Assembly (NCBI RefSeq): GCF_032444005.1
Contig: NC_091283.1
Location: forward strand, 33,108,001 to 33,172,000
Reading direction: 5' to 3'
DNA: 64,000 nt
Origin: Ranitomeya imitator
Taxonomy: Eukaryota
Shown: in pieces, positions 13,001-28,000 of the stretch
Layout: each line of letters begins with the position of its first letter
Numbering within the stretch: position 1 is the first letter of the stretch
Notes under the pieces: model-generated
Told to the model about the DNA's origin: nothing
Databases searched by the model: none
The model's input: the letters and a program-made list of their open reading frames with translations, nothing else
Made by a program: the position numbers and the translations under genes

Positions 13001-16000
13001 ATATTTCATTCCTAGATACCGCTGTGCCGCTCCCGGCGGCGTACAGTCCCCGATACGTGGAGGCCGCGTGGTATTCCTGGTGGGTGAAGCAGGGATTCTT
13101 TAAGCCGGAGTACCAGGTGAGGACGAGCTGTGAGAGGCAGCACTGCTCCTTCTTGGAGTGACCCCCATTATAGTAAGGAGCGCCCCCTACTGTCAGACCA
13201 TGCAACAAGGCAAGGGGAGAAGAGGGAGACGCAGCTGCAGATTCTCACTTTTTAATGAACCCATTCAGGACCTGGCCATTTCTGTCTTTTTCGTGTGTCC
13301 TCCTCCTTTTCCCAGTGACATCTCCGTACGAGATTTTCTGTTTTTTTGAGACGAGTTGTAGTTTTGATTGTCACCAAAATAAAAGGGAAAAAAATTCCAA
13401 GTGCAGAGAAATGGGGGAAGAATAAAATACATGTTCTTTGTTGTTTTTGCTGCGTTCATTGTGCCGGTGATGGGATTCTCCTGGTCGGTGCGATTATGGC
13501 CAGATTGTGTCACCTCACCTGTCACTGGCAGAGGGGAGAAAAGACCCCAAACCCGCAGCTCATTCTCGACCCGTTCACATAGGTAGAATATAACCTAATA
13601 AATATAATTTTTTTGTTGTTTCTCCCATCAGAGTCGTCTCCCCCACGCCCGACCCCAGATCTTCTCGCTCTGCATCCCTCCACCCAACGTCACCGGCTCC
13701 CTCCACCTGGGCCACGCTCTCACCGTCGCCATCGAGGACTCTCTGGTGCGCTGGTGAGTAAACAATGTCTGAAAAGCAGCGCAGACCTAAGGTCGTGTTC
13801 ACACCTGTGTCCAGAAATTCTGTGGATCTGATCCATCATAGAGCAGAACAACAGAAGTGCTGGATCCGTCAACCTGAGGGGCCCCAACAATGGACCCCAT
13901 GGACTCCAGTGACCGGAGCTGACTCCGATCCCTGCTGTTAACCGCTTACTTGACGCTGTCAATTCTGACTGTGACATTTAAAGGGTTTCTTATTGCTCCC
14001 TGCCCATCACCCCCCATCATGTGAGCTCTGTGTGCCGGCGGGTTTCCCTCAAAAATAAAAAAATAATAAAAAGTAAAAGTTTAATCTGTTGAGATATAAA
14101 TGCCGAAAAGAATGGAGGGGCGGATACTCCAGAATTGATGCTATCGTCATCTCCTAGCTGGCCCAGCCCCCAAAAAATGGAATAATTGATCCAAACAAAT
14201 ATTGCCCAAAATGGTTCCAATAAAAGCAGCATCACGCCACATTAATAAAAATGAAAATTCGCCCGTTGCAATGAGTTAAAGGGATTGTCCAGTTTAAAAA
14301 AAAAAAAAAAAAAAAACAATTCTACTTATTCGCCTCAACAAGCAAATTATACAACTTTCTAATGTATTTCCATTATTGAACCTCCGGCTTCTGCTTGATC
14401 TACAGCTGACGTTTCCTGTGTGAAGGCGGCTGGCTGCTTATTTCCATAGCAAAGCCGGCATTGTCGCTGCCAATGTATGGGCCTACAAGGAGGTTGGTTT
14501 AGCTATTGAAAAGAACAGCCAGCCCCCTCTACACAGCAGCAGTCATGAGCCGACAGTGGAAAAGCTGCCCTGTTTCAAGCAGAAGCCGAGCCACTGATTT
14601 TGCAGCTCATCTCCATTCAAGTGATACCGTTCCGTAATACCACACGCTGCCTGTAGACTGGTGTGGAGCTGTTTCTGGGAGGAAAAAATAGCAAAAAATT
14701 GATGACCTTCCCCCCCCCCTTTTATTTTCTTCTTCGAGTCCTGCACAACCTTTAATTCAGCAGCGATCAGAGCAGACTGAAGTCACATCACGGTCCCGTG
14801 TGTCTCTGCTTTCTTCTTGGTCAGGAGGAGGATGCTGGGTGAGAAGGTGCTGTGGGTGCCTGGATCTGATCACGCGGGGATCGCCACTCAGGTACGGCAC
14901 TGGATCTGTAGGAAACGGTCAGATTTCACCCGGATTTTATCACTGGTGCCACGACTCAATCCTTGTAAAATCCGAATCCCATGAATGTGAATGGGGCTTG
15001 TGCCGCCCTGTTACCAGGCTGCACAGGTATTCCGTGAAGTAATGCAGCTCTCAGGATGCCACATGCTGGGAGTTGTAGTCCCTCAAGCTGACCGGCTGCT
15101 GTTTCCCCGTCATAGACCGTGGTGGAGAAGAACCTGTATAAAGAAGGGGGCGTCTCTCGCCACGATTTGGGTCGGGAGGAGTTTCTCGGGGCCGTGTGGC
15201 GATGGAAGGAGAGGTAAGAGGCGCGATCAGTCCGGGCCGCGGTCGCTGCGTCTTTGTGTCTCTGACTTTGTCACTTTCTTCCTTCCTGCAGTAAAGGGGA
15301 CAGGATTTATCAGCAGCTGCGGTCCCTCGGGGCGTCTCTGGACTGGGACCGATCCTGCTTCACCATGGACGAGGTGAGACCCTGTAACACGGCGCCATCG
15401 CTGATCCGCTCCATATAACCACCTGACGCTGGCGGCTGAGCTCCGACCACCGCTGTTTAACCATTGAAATGCCACTGTCAATCTCTCAGAACATCACTTA
15501 GGTGGCAAGATCCGGCACACGGGACTATTTTGGCACAGGCCAGATTCTTAGGATGTCCCAATATCCGGTGGCCTTTCTGTAGAAGTAATTGCTCTGATTT
15601 ATATAGAGCCTTCGTATTCCGTGGTGCGGTACAATCTCCTCCTCCCCCGTGATCGTTGCCGTCTCTCCCGGCCCTGATCTTCCTTTCATCCTCAGCGTTT
15701 CTCTCGCGCCGTGTCGGAGGCCTTCATCCATCTCTATGAGAGCGGTTTGGTTCGTCGCCGGCATCGTCTTGTGAATTGGTCCTGTGCCCTCCGGTCCGCC
15801 ATCTCTGATATTGAGGTAAGGCATGGCCCCACCTCTGATCTGCCGCCTCTGATGTAGAGGGCAGATGTTTATGTCCGCCACCCCCCGTCATGGAGGGGAA
15901 ACATGGAGTGGCCCCTCCGTCGTCTCTTAACATGTAGAGGAGACATGTCCTGTCCGCTGCTGCCCATCGAGATAGTGGGGAGATGTGGACTGTAGCATCC

Positions 16001-19000
16001 GCCGTCCCTCGACACTGAGGGGAGACGTGGACTGCGTCGTCCGCCGTCACGCAGCGCGGAGGGGAGACAAGGACCATCCCATTCTGCCACTTCTCGCCAT
16101 GGACTGTTCCATCCGTTGCCCCCTGACACTCAGGGAAGACATGGATCGTGTCGTCCGTCACCCCTTGACACGGAGGGGAGACGTGGACTTCGTCATCCGC
16201 CATCACTCAGTGCATAGGGAAGACATGGACTGTGTAGTGCACCGCCCCTCGACACTGAAGGGAGATGTGGACCGCGTGGTCCGCCGTCAATTAACGTGGA
16301 GGGGAGACGAGGACCATCCCATTTCGTCACCCCTTGATATGTACCGTCCCGTTCATTGCCCCTTGACACGGAAGGGAGACTTGGACCGTCCTGTCTGCAG
16401 CCCCACGACACGAGGGATAGGGGGTGAAGACATGGATTGCGTCGTCCAGTCACTCAACATGGAGGGTAGGCGAGGACCATCCCATTCTGCCACCCCTTGA
16501 CATGGACCGTCATGTCTGCCGCCGCCCCTTGAGACAGAGGGGAGATATGAACCATCTGCCGCCCATCGACGCAAGGGGACTCTGGATTGCGCCATCCGCC
16601 GTCACTCAATGGGGAGGGTAGACAAGGACCATCAAATTCCGCCACCCCTCAATATGGACCACCCTGTTTGTTGCCCCTCGACACAGAGGAAATGCATGAA
16701 CAGTGTCGTCCGCTGCCCCTTGACACGGACTGGAGACATGACGCAGACTCCATGTTTGTTCTGTGTTCTCTTTCCACAGGTGGAGAGTCGGCAGCTGGGT
16801 GGTCAGACCTTCCTGTCCGTGCCCGGCTACCAGAGGAAAGTCCCCTTTGGACTCCTGTTCCGCTTCGCTTACCCCACAGAGGAAGGAGGTAGATCCGTCA
16901 GCCGGTGGCGGCCCCTTCAGTGCGGCCTCCTGATCACTCCGCTGCCTTCCTTGCATTACAGATGGTGAAATCCTTGTGGCCACCACACGTCCGGAGACCA
17001 TGCTGGGGGACACCGCCGTGGCGGTCCATCCGGACGACCCCAGGTACCTGGTGAGTCTCCATTATATTCTGGTTTTTGGAAGACGACGAAACTTTTGTGA
17101 GAAGTAATGGCGCTGATTACAGAGGACTCTGGGCTCCCTGCTATCCGGTAATATGGCCGGTGCCGGCTGTGTGATACATCCATCATCTGCAGTGTCCGGA
17201 TCCAGCGGACCATGGAAATGCTGCTGTCAGTCACTGACTGCAGCACTGTCCTCTCCCAGCACATGTCTTTGGGTGCCGGTGGGCTGTCCTTGTAGCCTTC
17301 TGAATGCCTCCTTGGCTGCCATATTAGTTTTTCTGTGAACCCCGCATAGGCCGTGTGCAGCTCGTGCCTGTAAGCGCCCCTAGTGGTGGCTGCAGGACGC
17401 AGCGGTGTCGCGGAGCCGCCTTCTATGCCTGTCCGGACCGCTGGACTGACCTTGGACGTTGCGTCGGCTCCGCGTGTCGCGGAGCTGCCTTCTATGCCTG
17501 TCCGAACCGCGGGACTGACCTGGGACGCAGCGGTGACGGCTCCGCATGTCGCGGAGCTGCCTTATATGCCTGTCCAGACCGCAGGACTGACCTGGGACTC
17601 GTTCTTTCTTAGCGCCTCCATGGCAGAAGCCTCCGCCACCCCTTCACTGGCCGTCTGCTCCCTGTTGTCGCCCATCGGCTGGTGAACCCGGAGTTTGGCA
17701 CCGGTCAGTAGAGCCCTGCATGGTGGCTGCGACTTCCTAGGTGGCAGTGTGACCCTCGCTGGCCATTTTTTTTCTTCTAGGAGCCGTAAAGGTGACCCCT
17801 GCTCACAGCCCCGTAGACTTCGAGATGGCGCAAGACCTGGCGCTCCCGTCGATTTCTGTGATCGGGGAAGATGGATCCATGACGGAAGCCTGCGGGGATT
17901 GGATACAGGTCTGATGCTCTGTGCATCCCCTCTTCTCTCGTATTGGTCAGCGTTACAATATGTCGGTGCATCCTTACAGGGCGTAAAAAGATTCGACGCT
18001 CGGGACCAGGTTGTGGCCGCACTGAAGGAGAAAGGACTTTATAGAGGAGACTGCGAGCATTCGATGCTGCTGCCCGTCTGTAGGTGAGGCCATCCTAATG
18101 TAGTGCTCTGTGCAGCCACCAGGTGGCGCTGACTGACTACAACCAGCGCCCTCTGATGGCACATCGGCAGATTACAGCAAACTTTACAAACTTTCCGAGT
18201 AGGATGACTCTATGAAACCTAGACATTTAATACTTTCGGAGTAGGATGACACTATGAATTAAACCTAGACATTTAATACTTTCCGAGTAGGATGACACTA
18301 TGAAACCTAAACATTTAATACTTTCCGAGTAGGATGACACTATGAAACCTAAACATTTAATACTTTCCGAGTAGATGACACTATGAAACCTAAACATTTA
18401 ATACTTTCCGAGTAGATGACACTATGAAACCTAAACATTTAATACTTTCCGAGTAGATGACACTATGAAACCTAAACATTTAATACTTTCCGAGTAGATG
18501 ACACTATGAAACCTAAACATTTAATACTTTCCGAGTAGATGACGCTATGAAACCTAAACATTTAATACTTTCCGAGTAGGATGACGCTATGAAACCTAGA
18601 CATTTAATACTTTCCGAGTAGGAGGACGCTATGAAACCTAAACATTTAATACTTTCCGAGTAGGATGACACTATGAAACCTAGACATTTAATACTTTCCG
18701 AGTAGGAGGACGCTATGAAACCTAGACATTTAATACTTTCCGAGTAGGAGGACGCTATGAAACCTAGACATTTAATACTTTCCGAGTAGGATGACACTAT
18801 GAAACCTAGACATTTAATACTCTCCGAGTAGGATGACGCTATGAAACCTAGAGATTAATACTTTCCAAAGGTGAAAAGGAAAAAAAAAAAGGAATTTTCA
18901 AATCACGGCACAATTAATTTAAAACCTAAACTGAAATTAAACCTGACTCCAAATGTCAGATCCCCACAATGAACTCAAACTGCTGACATCAGATCCATAA

Positions 19001-22000
19001 ATGAATTCAGGTCACAGACGGCGACCCAAGATGTCAGATCATAAAGAAATTCAGACCCCCAGACCTTAAGTCTTGGAAACAGGAATATCAGTGTATGAAC
19101 TTTCTTTGTAGGTTTTCCTTAGTTGACCCCCATTTTATCATACAATAGTTTAATGACTTGAGAGATACAAATCGTCATCTCTAGAGATCAATGATACAAT
19201 TGTATTCCCTGCAGCCACCACTAGAGGGCGCTCACTGATCACAGATGTTCACTGTAATGGATCCCTGTGCGCGGAGGCTCCATCTGGTGGTGGCTGCAGG
19301 AACGACATACAAGTCTGCACAGCAGCTCTTTACCCCGTTTCTTTGTGTTGCAGCCGCTCCGGTGACGTGATTGAACACTTGCTGAAGCGCCAGTGGTTTG
19401 TGAACTGTGAGGAAATGGCCCAAAAAGCTCTAAGGGTAGGAGCCGTCCTGTCCTTCCATTATCGTATCCCACCCCGTCACCCTCCGTGTCTTCTCATATG
19501 ACCGACGTGATACTATCCCAAGGCCGTGGAGTCGGGGCAGATGAGGATCACGCCGTCCTATCACCAGAAGAACTGGAAGAACTGGCTCTCGAACATCAGG
19601 TAGCCTCATATCGGGTCTTGCTGGGAGTTGTAGTTCCACCGCCTTGTAGTGTTCCAAGGAGAAAACTATCTTCTAGCATCTCGGGTCATGCTGGGAGTTG
19701 TAGTGCTAGAGCAGTTGGACTAGAGGATGCATGTCCCTGCATCCTGTAACCAAGCCTCCATGCTTTACACTGCAGGCTGCACTCAGAGTGATGCCATTCC
19801 CGATATTCGGGGACATACCCCATTTTTGAAGACAGAACCAGTTCCTCTTGATACTTGTACCTTTCTTCATTTTTGTGATGTCCTTTTACTCCAGCGACTG
19901 GTGCGTCTCGCGGCAGCTGTGGTGGGGGCATCAGATTCCCGCGTACCGGGTGTCCGCGGCGCCGTCTCCCCAGGTGAGTGACCCCCAGTGTAACGGGGCG
20001 CTCCATGTATCCGAGACCGGCTTCTCGCTGACCCCCCGGTTGTCTGCTCCGCAGGATAACGAGGACGAGAGCGAAGGACTCTGGGTAGCTGCTCACAGCG
20101 AATCAGAAGCCAGGAAGAAAGCCGCCAACGTGTTAGGGAAACCGGAGTGCGAGCTCGTCCTTAGGAGAGGTGAGGGCTTACCCGCCCGATAATACAGAAT
20201 ATCTGCTAATCCGGCACGCGTCCTATCCTGCGATGTGGTGATTATATAAGCTCTTGTTCCCGGGTAGATGAGGACGTTCTCGATACTTGGTTTTCGTCGG
20301 CTCTCTTTCCGTTCGCGATGCTGGGATGGCCGCAGCCGGTGAGTTCTGCCTTAGGAGAAGATTTATTACTGATTTATAGTGTGGCTTCCTGCAGTCGCCA
20401 CCAGGGGGAGCTCACTGCACACTGTGATATTGCAGGGTTCAATGTCTGCATCAAACTCCCGAGCTCCCTCTAGTGGTGGCTGCAGGAACTGATTTTTTTT
20501 AATTTTTTCTGTTCCTCTTTTTTCCAAAAGCTGTAACTCCTATCATTGTTGTATCAGCGCTTGTCTTCTGCGGGGCGAGTTGAATTTTTGAATGACTCCA
20601 TTCATTTTACCATGTAATGTAGTGAAAAACTCCCAAATATGGTGAAAAAAACAATTTTTTGTTGTATTTTTTTTTTTTTTTTTTACTACGTTAATTTAGC
20701 AGTAAAAATAACTTGGAAACAGAATTCTTTGGGTCAGTGCGATCACAGCGATACCACACTTGTATAGTTTTTTTTTTAGAAAAAATATTTGGTGGGGAAA
20801 AAAAAAAAAAATCAGAATTTTGTTTTAACCCCTTCACGACCGATGATGCACACTTACATCATACCTCCACACACCTATCCCAGCACACGATGACTGGTTT
20901 AATCCGAGATCCACCCGCAGCTGTTAAACAGTTAAATGCCGCTCTCAATCACCGTCAGAGTTTTTTTGGGGTTTTTTTCATACAAATTATTATATATTTT
21001 TTTTCACCACTTAAATTAAAAAAAAAAAAAAAGCAACCTAGACATGTTTGGTGTCTACGAACTCGTAATGACCTGGAGAATCACAATGGCAGCTCAGTTT
21101 TAGCATTTAGTGAACATGGTAAATAAAAAAAACTATTGTGGAATTGCACTTATTTTTTGGAATTTCACAGTTTTCCATGACGCTATGTAATAAAATGAAT
21201 GGTGTCGTTCAAGAGTACAACTCGTCCTGCAAAAAAACCAAGCCGTCACATGGCCATATGGACAGAAAAGTTATGGGTTTTGGAAGAAGGAGAGTAAAAA
21301 ATGGAAAATCGCCCAGGGGTGAGGGGGTTAAAAAAATAAATAAATAAATAAAATCTTTTTTTCCCCTTAGTTTGTTCTTCTTGTGTGGGGGAGGGGATGG
21401 TGTTCTCTCATTGTCTCTTCCTTACAGACTCGGGATCTGGAGGACTTTTACCCCAACTCCCTCCTGGAGACGGGCAGCGACCTCCTGTTCTTCTGGGTGG
21501 CCCGGATGGTGATGCTGGGAGAACAGCTCACAGGGCAGCTACCATTCCGAGAGGTACCTCCATGATAAAGGGGGTGTCTGCCTTTAAAGTCCCATTTTGT
21601 TAACCCCTCTTTGAGGATCTATTTCATTCTGGAGGACCCAACATGTCTGAGCATTATTTGTGCACTGTGTAATACCTCACTTCCCCTGCGGGGGAGCTGC
21701 AGGGATGTTCATCACTTACTGCTGGGATTTCCAATACATGAACTATTGGTTAAAAAATCCTTTTTGCATTTAGGTCATTAAACATTTTTCTTCATGTCCC
21801 TTCTGCTAAATGGGTTAACTGAGAATCAGTCAGTGAGCTCGTTCTGACCAATGGGAGAATTTGTACGTTTTTGTTTTATTTTACTCCCGGTTTAGTTTCC
21901 GCTCAGTATACTGTCTGCTCGGCTCCTGATCACTATTCTAGGACTTACAACCCCTTAATTCCTCGCCTCCTGAGCGCTGCCACTGGCGCTTGTGGTCCAT

Positions 22001-25000
22001 GTTTTCGGCTGCTCTCTGGTCACTTCCCTCTGTGTTTCCCCTCAGGTGTTCCTGCACTCCATGGTCCGAGATGCTCATGGGCGGAAGATGAGCAAATCTC
22101 TAGGAAATGTTCTCGATCCTCTGGACGTGATGAGCGGCATTTCCCTGGAGGTGCGTGCCGCTCCCTGTACTACCTCCGCTTGCTGTAACGCCGTCCTGTA
22201 TCACTCACTGTGACTCTGGGGGGCATTTTCCCCTGTAACTGGGGCTGGTATATTATCCCTAGTTACAGGGGAAATGTAGCAGAGTGTACAGCAGAGGCGA
22301 CTGGGACTACAAGGACCAGCAGTTCCTTCTCCCTCCTGCAGTCACAAAGATCGCTGAGATTAGAGGAGGAGGGTCCAATAGGGCGTCCTGTGTACGGGGC
22401 ACCAGCCTGCACTGTATATAGCAGAGATGGCTGTACACCAGCTCTGCCCTCTGTGGAGTCCGGCTGTGTCTGACAGCCGGCTCCCCGATCCCGCGCTGCA
22501 TGAGTCAACGTAGCTGCTATACTGTGCAGTGATTGTTTAGAATTGAGTGCAGAGCGAAGTGCGGCCCTCTCGTGCCTCTCGGACCCCTCGTTCCTCTGGG
22601 CCCTCTCGTTCCTCTCTGCCCCCTCGTTCCTCTGGGCCCCCTCGCTCCTCTCGGCCCCCTCGTTCCTCTCGGCCCCCTCGTTCCTCTCGGCCCCCTCGTT
22701 CCTCCCGGCCCCCTCGTTCCTCCCGGCCCCCTCGTTCCTCCCGGCCCCCTCGTTCCTCCGGGCCCCCTCGCTCCTCCGGGCCCCCTCGCTCCTCCGGGCC
22801 CCCTCGCTCCTCCGGGCCCCCCTCGTTCCTCCGGGCCCCCCTCGTTCCTCCGGGCCCCCCTCGTTCCTCCGGGCCCCCCTCGTTCCTCCGGGCCCCCCTC
22901 GTTCCTCCGGGCCCCCCTCGTTCCTCCGGGCCCCCCTCGTTCCTCCGGGCCCCCCTCGTTCCTCCGGGCCCCCCTCGTTCCTCCCGGCCCCCTCGTTCCT
23001 CCGGGCCCCCCTCGTTCCTCCGGGCCCCCCTCGTTCCTCCGGGCCCCCCTCGTTCCTCCGGGCCCCCCTCGTTCCTCCGGGCCCCCCTCGTTCCTCCGGG
23101 CCCCCCTCGTTCCTCCGGGCCCCCCTCGTTCCTCCGGGCCCCCCTCGTTCCTCCCGGCCCCCTCGTTCCTCCGGGCCCCCCTCGTTCCTCCGGGCCCCCC
23201 TCGTTCCTCCGGGCCCCCCTCGTTCCTCCGGGCCCCCCTCGTTCCTCCGGGCCCCCCTCGTTCCTCCCGGCCCCCTCGTTCCTCCGGGCCCCCCTCGTTC
23301 CTCCGGGCCCCCCTCGTTCCTCCGGGCCCCCCTCGTTCCTCCGGGCCCCCCTCGCTCCTCCGGGCCCCCTCGCTCCTCCGGGCCCCCTCGTTCCTCCCGG
23401 CCCCCTCGCTCCTCCGGGCCCCCTCGTTCCTCCGGGCCCCCCTCGTTCCTCTAGGCTCCCTCGGACTTTTGTTTCTGTCCTGAATCGCTGCTGCTCCAGC
23501 ATGCACAAATTGTGCCAGATTTCTAGACGAGATGCGCAGAGTCACGTACATTAATCATTAGTGTTTTTCATTTTATCTTCACAGAAACTACAGGAAAAAT
23601 TAAAGGAGGGAAATTTGGACCCGCGAGAGTTAAAAGTAGCAGAGTCCGGACTGGTAAGATGGATGGGATATTAAAGACTTTGCTTCCCATTCACAAATGC
23701 TTTTACCAAAGACTGAAAATTGGAAATAATAATGATATCAAATGTACAAATACTACCGCCATACAGTGCAGAAAACACAAAAGCTATATGGTGTCATAAC
23801 ACACTCTATATTTTGTAAAAAATAAAAAAAAAACAGTGGAGGTCCTCTGCGCTGGAGGCTTCTGCGGTGGAGGTCCCCGACGGTAGAGACTTCTGTGGTG
23901 GAGGTCCCCTGCGGTGGAGGTCCCGTGCAGTTGAGGCTTCTGCGGTGGAGGTCCCGTGCAGTTGAGGTTTCTGCGGTGGAGGTCCCGTGCAGTTGAGGCT
24001 TCTGCGGTGGAGGTGCCGTGCAGTTCAGGATTCTGCGGTGGAGGCCCCTGCTGTAGAGACTTCTGCGGTAGAGACTTCTGAGGTGGAGGTCCCATGCAGT
24101 TGAGGATTCTGCGGTGGAGGTCCTGTGCGGTGGAGGCCGCTGCTGTAGAGACTTCTGCGGTAGAGACTTCTGCAGTGGAGGTCCCCTGCGGTGGAGGCTT
24201 CTGTGGTCGAGGTTCCGCACCGTGGAGGTCCTTCTGCGGTGGAGACCCCTGCTGTAGAGACTCCTATGGTGGAGGTCCCGTGCAGTGGAGGCTTCTGCGG
24301 TGGAGGCTTCTGTGGTGGATGTCCTGTGCAGTGGAGGTCCCGTGCAGTTGAGGCTTCTGCGGTGGAGGTCCCGTGCAGTTGAGGATTCTGCGGTGGAGGC
24401 CCCTGCTGTAGAGACTTCTGCTGTGGAGGTCCTGTGCGGTGGAGGTCCTGTACGGTGGAGGTCCCATGCAGTTGAGGCTTCTGCGGTGGAGGTCCCGTGG
24501 AATGGAGGTCCCGTGCAGTTGAGGATTCTGCGGTGGAGGCCCATTGGGCACGTGCCCCTTTTGTTGTCCTTGTACCCCGGTGCTGGAGGGCAGGCCTGCC
24601 ATGAGCCGCCCTCTGATGACAGGACTCCATTTCTTGTCCCAGGTAAAGGATTACCCACACGGGATCCCGGAGTGCGGCACCGACGCCCTGAGATTCGCCC
24701 TCTGCTCTCATCGCGTACAAGGTGAGGCTCGCACCCCTGTGTTTGTGGCGAGGGATGACAGATAGTGGATTTGTTTTTTCTTGAACAGCGCCCCCTTTTT
24801 CCCCTGTGGCCGTGTCTGGTACTGCAGCGTGGCCTGACCGTGTGGCTGTGGCGCCCTTTTTGCCACCATGTGACATCTCCCCGTCTCTGCCATGTCCCTG
24901 AGATCTGACGCCGTGTGCTTCCTTCCCGCTTCCAGGTGACGACTTTAATCTGGACGTCGCTTCGGTTCTCGCCGTGCGACATTTCTGCAACAAAGTGTGG

Positions 25001-28000
25001 AATGGGGTGAGATTCGCGCTGGCCGCACTGGGGGAAGGGTTCACCCCTCTGCCCATGGAGGAGGTGAGGAAAGCTGCTGTCACATTTTCTATTTAATTTT
25101 AATTCCTTAAAGGGATGGTCCAGGACTATGATATTGGTGGGCTACCCTCGGCGCCGGGTCAGTGGGGGTCCGATATCTGACGCAGCGGTGACTGAGCTCG
25201 GACAGCACAGCGCCGTACACTGTGGAGCGGCCGTTCTCAGGTCCTATAGCAGTGAATGGGGGCCGAGCTGCAGTACCTGAGAACGGCCACTACACGGAGT
25301 ATGGGGCTGCAAACAGCAGGAGGACAATCCCTTTAAGAGCCAAGCAAATTTTAAGCTTCAAGAGGTATTCAATCTTATTAATGGCAGCTGATCGTGGGGG
25401 TCCGACCGATCCTAAGGGTACCGTCACACACTGCCATTTCGATCGCTACGACGGTACGATTCGTGACGTTCCAGCGATATCGTTACGATATCGCTGTGTC
25501 TGACACGCAGCAGCGATCAGGGATCCTGCTGAGAATCGTACGTCGTAGCAGATCGTTTAGAACTTTCTTTCATCGCTGGATCTCCCGCTGTCATCGCTAG
25601 ATCGGTGTGTGTGACACTGATCTAGCGATCTAGCGGTGCGATCCAGCGATGCGTTCGCTTGTAACCAGGGTAAACATCGGGTAACTAAGCGCAGGACCGC
25701 GCTTAGTTACCCGATGTTTACCCTGGTTACAAGCGTAAAACTAAAAAAAAACAAACAGCACATACTTACATTCTGGTGTCCGTCAGGTCCCTTGCCGTCT
25801 GGTTCCCGCACTCAGTGACTGCCGGCCGTAAAGTGAAAGCAGAGCACAGCGGCTGTGCTTTCACTTTCACTTTACGGCCGGCAGTCACTGAGTGCGGGAA
25901 CCAGACGGCAAGGGACCTGACGGACACCAGAATGTAAGTATGTGCTGTTTGTTTTTTTTTAGTTTTACGCTTGTAACCAGGGTAAACATCGGGTTACTAA
26001 GCGCGGTCCTGCGCTTAGTTACCCGATGTTTACCCTGGTTACCCAGGGACCTCGGCATCATTGGTCGCTGGAGAGCTGTCTGTGTGACAGCTCCCCAGCG
26101 ACCACACTACGATGACGGCCAGGTCATATCGCTGGTCGTGATCGTAGGTAAATTGTATAGTGTGACGGTACCCTAAGACTGTCTTCCCTCAGGTCCCCTT
26201 CTGTGCAGGGACCTGTTACCGGCCCCCCACTCACTTGTCCCCTTCACGCTTAGGATTGGTGGGGAGCCCAGAGAATAGGTCCCCGCAGTTTGTTGCGGGT
26301 CTGACCTCTGGGACCTCCACTGACCCCAATATCTGCTGTGTGACCACCGCTCCAGTCACTTCTATTGGACAGATGGAGAAAGTCTACGTTCCCATAGAAG
26401 TGAATGGAGCGGGGGTCCCAGAATAGAGGGTGGGAGATGACGCCGTCTTTCAAGCTGTTGGGGGGCTACATAAATCCTGCTTTCTTCTCATCAGCTGAGG
26501 CCGTCGGCCCCCCTGGACCGATGGCTGCTGGACCGACTGCGGCAGGTGACGGAGGAGTGCGAGGAGAAGCTGCGGAGCTACGAGATTCACCAGGTCACCG
26601 CCGCCATTCATGGCTTCTGGCTGAAGAACTACTGCGATATCTACGTGGTGAGTGGCCTGCGGCTGGGTCAGAACTACAACCCCCAGCATGCACTGACTGT
26701 TTGCTGCTGGCAGTTTTGCTCCACCTTTACTTCATTCACTCCACCGTTTTGTGCATACAGCTCCTATGCAGACTAATGTGCCTCCATAGTCACAGACTAC
26801 AAACCTCCCCCGTGTGTAGTCTGGTCTTGCAGCCATGTGTTATAACCGAGCACTGCAGGATAGGGCTGCACATGGGTCTGCATAGGAGCTGTAAACAGAA
26901 AACGGTAGGTTAAGCTTTCCCAATGGTCATCATTAAAGATGTGCCGTTTTGTGAATACAGCTCTGAGGCGGACTAATGTGTAACCTGACCCTGCAGTTCT
27001 GGGTCCCTCCCAAGCTCTGACTACACACAGGGCTGGTTTGTAGTCTGTCACTATGGAGACGTATTACTCAGCAGTGGAGCTGCGTACACATAGTAACACA
27101 TTTTCATTTTTTATCTACAGGAAGCTGTGAAACCCGTTCTGAAGGGTCCTGGCGGCTCCGACGCTCGGCAGGTGCTGTACCGGGGGGCGGAGGTGACTCT
27201 TCGGCTTCTTGCTCCCTTCACCCCTTACCTCTCAGAAGAACTGTGGCAGCGACTGCCGTCATCGCCCTCCTGGCGGGCGCCCAGCGTCTGTGTGGCAGAG
27301 TTCCCCCACCCCGGGCACACGGTACGATAATGGAGGCCGCGTCTCGTCCGTAGCGATGGCGGTATTATGGCGTCACTCACTCCTCGCGCTCCTCTCGCAG
27401 GGTCACTGGTCGTATCCGGAGGAGATGCGGCGCTTTGACTTCGTATACTCGGTGGTCCGGACGATACGCGGCCTGAGGAGCGACTACAACCTGACGAAGG
27501 CCAGACCTGAAGGTAAAGGGTTACTGGGAATTAAAGGGATTGTCCTGCGGGAATGCCAAATAATGCCGCAGACCAGGGCCGGAGAGAGATCGGCACTCGT
27601 AAAGGGGTTGTCTACACTGGACGGACAGTGTGGCAAAACCTCAGCTCCGTCTTTTTTCATCCTACTCACAGACAGCAAGCAGGGATTTTAAAAATGGCAC
27701 TGAATTGAAACACAAAGTGTTTATTTTTTTTTAAATGTTATCACTTTTTGCACCCACCTGTCTTCCTTGATTCTGCAGGAATAAGCTGTAGACAAAATCG
27801 GTCTCCTTCCCCCTCTGGAAGCTAGAAAGTACTCCTTGTAGAGGCTGCTCCTCTCCTGGCGCGCAAGCTATGGCTACTGAGCATGTGTGACCACTAGCAC
27901 TCAGCTCATTAGGTGGACGCGCACATTGCTATACATTGTGTACACCAGGTGGCGCTGTGTTTCCGCTCATTGGATAGACGCACACATTGCCATACACTGT

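Noticed and set aside
18190-18865. GATGA...GAAAC in the 42-bp repeat resembling a hammerhead core, and a superficial CRISPR-like regularity
   Set aside because: It lacks CUGA, a pairable stem II and a stem III/NUH. There are no unique spacers, and the context is a eukaryotic intron.
22517-23554. Collagen-like GPGGTRGP and PPG ORFs
   Set aside because: The 18-19-bp GC repeat lies inside a VARS2 intron, five frames are open, and there is no sustained Gly-X-Y register.
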